A stretch of DNA of 64,000 nt from Cyanophora paradoxa CCMP329 (Eukaryota; Plantae; Glaucophyta), in assembly GCA_004431415.1 (NCBI GenBank), contig QPMI01000436.1:1-64000 (forward strand), given 5' to 3'. The position numbers and the translations under genes were made by a program. Below the pieces are notes generated by a model that saw only the letters and a program-made list of their open reading frames with translations, was not told the origin of the DNA and did no database searches. Shown piece by piece: positions 57,323 to 64,000 of this stretch. Position 1 is the stretch's first letter; each line of letters starts with the position of its first letter.

Positions 57323-59277
57323 ATGTGGCGAAGGCGAGACGCGGGCCAGACAAGCGCTCTCGCGGCGGCTGCGGCGCTGCTGCAGCTCATCGCTCTCCAC
57401 GCTCTCGCGGCGGCCGCCTCGCCGCAGCCAGCTCGCGTGCAGGTTGTGCCAGCTAAGGCCGGTCCTCTGCGTGGCGGCGAGGCGGCCAACGTGCGGTGGA
57501 ACGCGAGCGCCGGCCTCTCCTTCTCTCCTCTTGAGCCCCTCTCTCTCCTCATCGCCCGGTCGGGCTCAGGTTCGCTGGAAATGCTTACACGTACGCAATG
57601 CAGCGCGCTCACAGCGCGCAGACGCCATCCAATACCAGGCGCTGCCCGGCTTCTGCGTCGACAACGGCTCGGCGACCTGGCTCGTCCCCCGAAACCTCCC
57701 GACGGACGATGCGTACTTCGTCACGCTTTACGCGGCCAGCGGAGTGACGGTGAGAGTCCCTCCCGCCCACTCCCGCATCGGTTCGAATGCCGCCCCTCTC
57801 GCAGGACTCCGATGCCTCCGCACAGAGCGGCGAGGCGCACCGTTTGACTTCGGACACGTTCGCCGTCATCGGTAAGACGCTTCCGTCCTGCCCAGCGCGC
57901 GTCGGCCGATCCACCGCTTGATCGAACCCGCAGGCGACTGGCCGCTCTCCGACGCGCGATCCCAGAGCGCTCTTTATCTCCTCCCCTCCGGCCCCTGCCG
58001 CGCGTCCGCGCCGGCGCCCTGCCGCGTGACTGAGAACTGCACTCTGCTGTACTGCCCATGCGAGCGACCCCTCGCACGCCCGCTCGCGACCGGCCGCCCG
58101 GGCGCCTGACGCGGCGGCGCGGGCAGTCGGAGGCGGCGGGGTCTCGGTTCGCTTCGCGACGACGGTCGGAGCCTACAGGTTTCTGGTGCGCTGCGATCCG
58201 CGGTCCACGCGGCCCCGCTGCCTGTCGTCGGCTCATTCTCGGTCCCGGCCTGCGCAGACCGTCGACGTGGAGTTCGGCGGGCAGGCGCGCCGCGGCGGCG
58301 TCGGTGCGTCCCTCTCCGCCCTTTCCCGTCTCCGATCTCGTGCCGAGCTCGCTCGCCTCGTGCAGTGCGGGACGGGGCCGTGCGGATCGCGGGAGGCTCG
58401 GAGGGTGACGCGGCGCTCTGGGTACGCTCCGCCCAGGAGGCAGGTGACGGTACCCTCTCCTTCGACCTGTACGAAACGTGCGGCTCCCGTACCCCAGACC
58501 TCTCTTACCCTCCGCCCTCCGCCCCCGCCCCCCCCGCCGTCCCCCCCGCCCCCACCCCCGCCCTCGTACCCCAGTTCTCTCTCTGCACCCCCCCCCCTCC
58601 CCGGTCCGCCGATACTGTACCCAGATGGACCGAGCCGGGGGACGGCTGGACGGCTGTCCCCGTCGCCCTCCGGGCCCGCCTGCGCCTCGCCGCCGGGGGG
58701 TACGCCGTCGTTGGGGCGCCGGCGCCGGCGCTCTCCGTCCTCCCAGTACCCCCTTCGGACACGCCGCAAGGTGCGGCATGCGCCTCTCGCCCCCAGCCTG
58801 TCGCGTCGTGTACTCATCCGCCCAGCAGAGAAGCCACCCGAAAAGAGTGGGGACGGGGAACCCGAGCGGCTTGAGGGCGGGGCGCTGCGGCAGCCGGCGC
58901 CGCCGGCGCCCCCGCCGCTGCAGCTACCCCCCTCCTCGGGATCTCCGAACCCGGCCGTGGTGGGCCCAGCGGCGGCCGTCTCAGCGGCCGCCGTCCTGGC
59001 CGCGGGCGTAGCCCTCATCATCGCCGCCCGCCGCCGGGCGCGCCGCGCCGGGCGCCGCGGCGGCTGGCTCCTGGCGGGGGCCAACGGTCCGGGGGAGGGC
59101 GAGGCGGGGGCGGCGCGGGGCGCGGGCGAGGACGAGGAGGGCCGCAGCAACCGCTCCAGCGAAGAGATTCGCGCCATGAGCGTCGACCGGCGCCGCTTCC
59201 CGCCCCTCCCGCCCTGCCCAGGCGGCTCACCGCCCCCGCCCTTCTCCCTTCCCTTCCCCGCCAGCCCAAACCTGTAG
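57323..59277 (+). CDS. Unknown type I membrane protein with signal peptide, Ig-like/Cys-rich ectodomain and Pro-rich stalk
   Basis: Signal ALAAAAALLQLIALHALAAAA; VRWN...NGSATWLVPRNLPTDDAYFVTL; TM AVSAAAVLAAGVALIIAA followed by RRRARR. The 3' end is approximate. Confidence 0.65.
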
Positions 59278-59340
59278 CTAGGCGATCGCCATTTACGTAT
59301 AGCATCCGAACCAAACATTAAGTATATACAGCTATTTATA

Positions 59341-60349
59341 TCACAGGGCAAACTCGATCTCTTCCAGGCTCGCCTCGGGGGGTACGACGGGGCTGGGGCT
59401 GGGGCTCGCGAGCGGGCCCCCGATCGTCGGGCCCGAGCGCTGCAGCGTCTGCCAGAGCGCCTCCACGACCGCTCTCTCCAGGGCGATCACCATCGCCTGC
59501 GCGCGCGGGGCTCAAGAAGAGGAAGGGGCGGGGCGGGGCGGGGCGGGCGGGCCCTTGCGGCGGGCAGGTTCCCCCGCGTCTCCGAAAGAGCGATGCGGAT
59601 GCCCTCTCCGTACAGCCCAACGAAGATCGCCTGCGGCGGCCTCGAGCTCGGGTCCGGGCGCGCGAGCAATTTGATCCGGGGCCGGTCCGGCGCCGCGGCG
59701 CACCTGATAGAATCCGTAGAGGTAGGCGAGCACGCGCACGTCGGAGAGCTGTGTGGCCGCGCTCGCTCAGTTAACTCCAGACCTGAGGAGGGCGGGGCGG
59801 GGCGCGCTGGGATGCCCTGCTCGCGGGCCCAGAGGTCCGCGTTGCCGAGAGCGAAGTTCAGGATCGCGCCGAAGGGGGCCGCGTTGTCAACAAGGAAGCC
59901 TCGCAGCGTGCGGTACGCCGCCAGCGCCTGCGCTCTCGTTGCGCCTGCGGGAACGGCCGGGCATCGATATCGGAACAAGTCGCAGCGGCCACACAGCCCA
60001 GCGCACCGTTCGAGGTTCCCGCCGCGACGACGCTCGATTGCGCGCTGTCCAGAACGCCCGTGACAAACTGCTCGGCCCGCTGCGCGTCGATCTCCGTTGG
60101 CGGAACAGGCTCCGAATCCGGCGGCGCCGCGCTGCAGCGCCAAAAGCGTCAAGGCGAACCAGAATGATTCAGTCTGAAAGACGCGCACCCGCCTGGCTCG
60201 GCCTGGAGCTGCGTAGAGGCCGAGATGCGCTGCAGGTCGCCGTACAGCGACCACGTCCCGCGGGCCGGCCAGCGCGCGTCAGCGCACAGGGAAGGAACCG
60301 CAGAAGCGCATAGAGCGAGGCCGACGAGCAGGAGCGCGAGGCGAGCCAT
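59341..60349 (-). CDS. Unknown secreted helical protein; multi-exon
   Basis: MARLALLLVGLALCASA signal; coding exons ALAAYRTLRGFLVDNAAPFGAILNFALGNADLWAREQ, VRVLAYLYGFYQ and AIFVGLYGEGIRIALSET; ends EEIEFAL*. Confidence 0.65.
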
Positions 60350-60438
60350 CGATGGGGGGGTACTGAGCCCGGAACTTGCTTCGCAGCTTCCGAAGTTCAT
60401 GGAAATGCTGTGACGCGGGCGATCCAGCCGCAGCGCGA

Positions 60439-63400
60439 ATGTTCGATTGGTTCAAGAGAAAGCCCGGGTCCGCGTCCAGTCCGGACGCTTCGGAGGCGAC
60501 CGGAATCAGCGAACCCAACTACGTCGCTCCTGACAGTATGGACACGCAGCCGCAGCCAGGCACCTCCGGATCAAGCATCGGTTCGTAAGGGACCGCCTGC
60601 GAGGGCCGAACGCGCCTCGACCATCGAACCCCGCGAAGCGCGAAGAGTGGCGCTCGGGCTCCCCATCCGAACACACTCTAAGCGATCGGCATCCCCTTCG
60701 AGACTCAGCTCTAAGCGTTCGAGCGCGCGGCCGGCCGCGGCTCTTGATCCTGACAGGAGTGCCCCGGTCCGCATGCGCAGATCCCGCTCCCAGCTCCGCA
60801 TCAGGGGCGAGCGATCCATCGTCGACGCAGCAATCTGTCGCGTCCGTCGTGGTGAGCACGACGGATGTCATGCCTTCCCCTCCCGCGGCCATCGACCTCG
60901 ATGCAAGGCAGTGCGCCCGATGCCCGCACCTCGCAAGCCATGGCTTTCAGCGTCGCTTACTTTCGATCAGACGCGTGTGCATCGTGTGCGAGGCGGTGCA
61001 CCGGCTTGAACCGCCGGCGCCCGGGCTGGAGGGGGACGGCGTGCTTCACCTCTTCCGCGGAGAGCCCGTGTGCCCCGGTGGTTCAGGTCACGACAATCTT
61101 CCTGCGTCCCTCATCGTCAGCAACGCCGGTCCAGCATACGAGGATCGAAAGGACTGGGCCGGGCGTCGAGAGTATGTTGCCATCAGGTGTCTTGGTGGCG
61201 GGCATTTCGGCCGCGCTTTCATCTGTGTCAAGAAAGGCGACGAGCCCAGACTCTTCCTCCTCAAGCTTCTCTTGGCGTCCGATGAGCTCCACAGGTGTGC
61301 TTCCCCCCCATCCCCAGTCCTGCCCCCTCCCCCCCCTTTCCCCCCCCCTCCCCTCCCCTCCCCCCCAACCTTCCTCTAGCTTCTATTCTCCTTTACCCCC
61401 GGCCTTTCCCACACACCTCCCTCTAGCATCTATTCTCCTTTACCTCCCGCTCCCTCCGCCTCCGCTGCTTCTTAAGTATCCCTCCCCCCTCCCCAAGTAC
61501 CTATTCTATTCTGGTACCTCCAAGTACTCGCTATTTATTCTATTTTACTCTCTTAGCAACGCTTCCCCCCCCCCCCCCCAACCCGGTCCCCCCCACCCAC
61601 CCAACCCGGTCCCCCCCCCCAGATCCCCCGCTTCTCTTCCCCCCCCTCCCCCCTTCTCAACCACCACCCCCCGGCCCCCACCCCACTCCCACCTGCCCGC
61701 CCACCCCACCCTCCCTCGCCCTCATTAAAACACTATTTAGAGGCTAACGCCCCGTGGCCGCAGATTCTACGAGGGCCGCGAGCGTCAGTACCTGGAGCAG
61801 CTGCGGGACAAGCGCATCTACGGAGTGCCCGTGATCTGGGACGTTATCGAGGACTGGCACGGCTGCGTCTGCCTTGTCACCGACTACATTCCTGGTGTCT
61901 CGTGCGTGTTTTCAGTCGCCCCTTTGCGTCCCCTGCTTGCGCTGCTGTTGCGCACTTCTGATTAATGTATATCGATGTAGACTTCAATCGAAGATCAACG
62001 AGATGCGTCGTCGCGGCCAGCGGTTCACGGAGGAGGACGTCATCGACTTCCTGAAGCGCATCACCATCATCCTGCTTCAGCTGCACTACCACGCCGAGAT
62101 GCTTCACCGCGACATCAAACCGGAGAACATCATGGTCCTGGAGGGGCGAGGGGGCCGTCGGGAATATTTCCTCATTGACTTCGGCGTTGCATCCACGCCC
62201 GAGCCGAATCGTTTGACGATGGCCGGGACAAAAGTGTACGCTCCCGACGAGCAGGTGTGAAGTATTCAGTCTATGTTCACGAGTGCTTATCATCATTGTT
62301 AATTTTTTGATTTTTTATCTGCTGCGTATTCGTAGGCGAATGATGGCAAACCCGTCGACGCGAGCGACATCTTCAGCCTTGGCCTCACGGCAGTCGAGAT
62401 GTTCTTGGGCGTGCTCCCAAACCGTGCTGACATGCACCACGCTCTCGACTCGCAAGAAGCCGTACCAACGTCGAGACTGCCCAAGCGTGTGCTGCGCCTC
62501 AGGACGGGGCTCAGCCACAAGCTTCGCAGAATCCTGCACACGATGCTCATGCAGTCGCACCGACAGCGCTATCAGACGGCATTCGAACTCTGGCGGGATC
62601 TGATGTTGACTTTTCCTGACGACAATCCGCTGGACGAAGGTGCTACGCTATATTTTTCGCTGCGTTTAAAGTCACTCGCAAGCTTAAGCGAGTGTGTGCT
62701 GATTTGGGTTACCATGCAGACAAATGGGGCGACGCGGAGGAAGCCGTCAAGCGCTCCATCCACGTCGTCCGCAAGTACATAAGCCTGCTGGACAACCTCG
62801 ACGAACAGCCCCCGCCCCGCTTCACGTACCCGGATGCAGACGAAGACGAGCTGGAGCCGACGGGCGACGGAAAGGAGCTGGATGCAGAGCCGACGACCGC
62901 GGGCGACAGGCGGCCTGCAGGCCTTCCCGACTGGCCCGGCACAAATCTCCTCCCTCGTTCGCGGGATTCTACAAACTCCCTCGAGGCCGAGCTCATTTTA
63001 CCTGACGGCCCCGAACTCTGGGATCCTCAGGCCCTCGTGCACGTCGTCCGACTAGCCATCTACGAGGAAGTCAACAGCGCTGGCGCCAGCGTCGAGCTGC
63101 GAAAGCAGGTGAGGCATTCAAATAGGTTTCATGCGCAATTTCGTCATTGCAGTTGCCCCGCAGGTGCTGCGGACATCGCTGCGCGTCGGATCGGTGAAGA
63201 CGGGCTCCACCAAGATCCTTCTCAATCTGGACCTCGACTCGGCTACAGAGGAGGGGCCGATTCTTCAACGCATCAAATGTGCAATTCAGAGACTCGGCGT
63301 TCTGGAGTGGAAGGTGAAGAAGAAGCGAGCGGATGCTTGGGCAGGCTTTCTTCATGAGAAGCTGAACCAAAACGGAAAGTGTACGCATCACGTTGAAATC

Positions 63401-64000
63401 TCTTCCACATCCCGCTCAATTTCGAATTAACCGAGCAAGCACTGCAGCGATCAAGAAAAAGCTGCTCTCGTGGCTTGGCTGGGGAGATTCACACTGGATG
63501 CCCAAGGAAGCAGCGAAGAAGAACAGAGAGCTCCTTCACGCTGTCAAGTCAAAACGTGCACATGCTGCTTATTCTGGCAGTCATGATCGTTTTAAATCTT
63601 TTCCGCAGAGAAAGACGAACAGCACGCCCAGCCGAACAGCAGGGCAATCTACTTGTACGCCTCGCAGGCCAACTTCAAGGACATGGGCAGCTTTGATCAG
63701 CCAGATCGAGATGAGGGCATCGACAAGGCCTGCAGTGAGATCTCCTCTCTTCTCGGCTCTGACAGCGGCGTGGCGGATTCGGACTTCGTTCACTTCTCGG
63801 AGATCATCTCCCTGGACAACGCGACCACGGCTTGGGGCTCCGGATCCGCCGCTGGCGCTGCCAGTTCAGCGAGGCCTGTCGTCGGCCCCGCCCTTGCCAT
63901 CGCGATCGTCAAGGCGCTCGGCGGCTGGCAGGGCACCATCGCTGACTCGCTCGGGAATCAAGTGGCCGAGCTCGTCGAGAGCATCGGCGAAATCCTTCAA
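60439..64000 (+). CDS. Ser/Thr protein kinase (Pkn2-like motifs) with long C-terminal extension; truncated by window end
   Basis: LGGGHFGRAF, LLKL, LVTDYIPG, LHRDIKPENIM, FLIDFGVA, AGTKVYAPDEQ, ASDIFSLGLTAVEMFLG, RYQTAFEL; further exons continue to base 64000. Confidence 0.9.

Overview
GC-rich, intron-dense eukaryotic genomic DNA with short introns, GT(G/C)CG-type and frequent GC donors, and YAG acceptors. It is probably a unicellular alga or protist; a glaucophyte such as Cyanophora is an inference only. Most long ORFs in the supplied track are GC-driven shadow frames, so the gene models below were spliced by hand and exon boundaries are approximate. About 12 genes are supported: an ADCY10/sAC-type adenylyl cyclase-STAND NTPase; two inverted molybdenum-cofactor-sulfurase-like paralogs flanking a signal-peptide-bearing SET/Rubisco-LSMT-like methyltransferase; a Ser-Pro-rich GPI-anchored protein; a 14 kb multi-TM TmcB/C-like PAS-PAS hybrid histidine kinase; TMA7; CAF-1 p60; a GT54/MGAT4-like transferase; three unknown secreted or membrane proteins; and a Pkn2-like Ser/Thr kinase running off the end. 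Two gene-free blocks (about 9.0-11.6 kb and 24.1-30.1 kb) hold nested non-autonomous elements: hAT-like and pogo-like MITEs, Helitron-like ends and a candidate tRNA-derived SINE. The most unusual signals are mutational. Comparing repeat copies within the window shows recurrent 6-bp insertions that create X-revcomp(X)-X 9-mers, which may explain the heavy palindrome load of non-coding DNA. Introns also repeatedly contain degenerate echoes of the adjacent exon edge and splice site, with intron differences between the two sulfurase paralogs.
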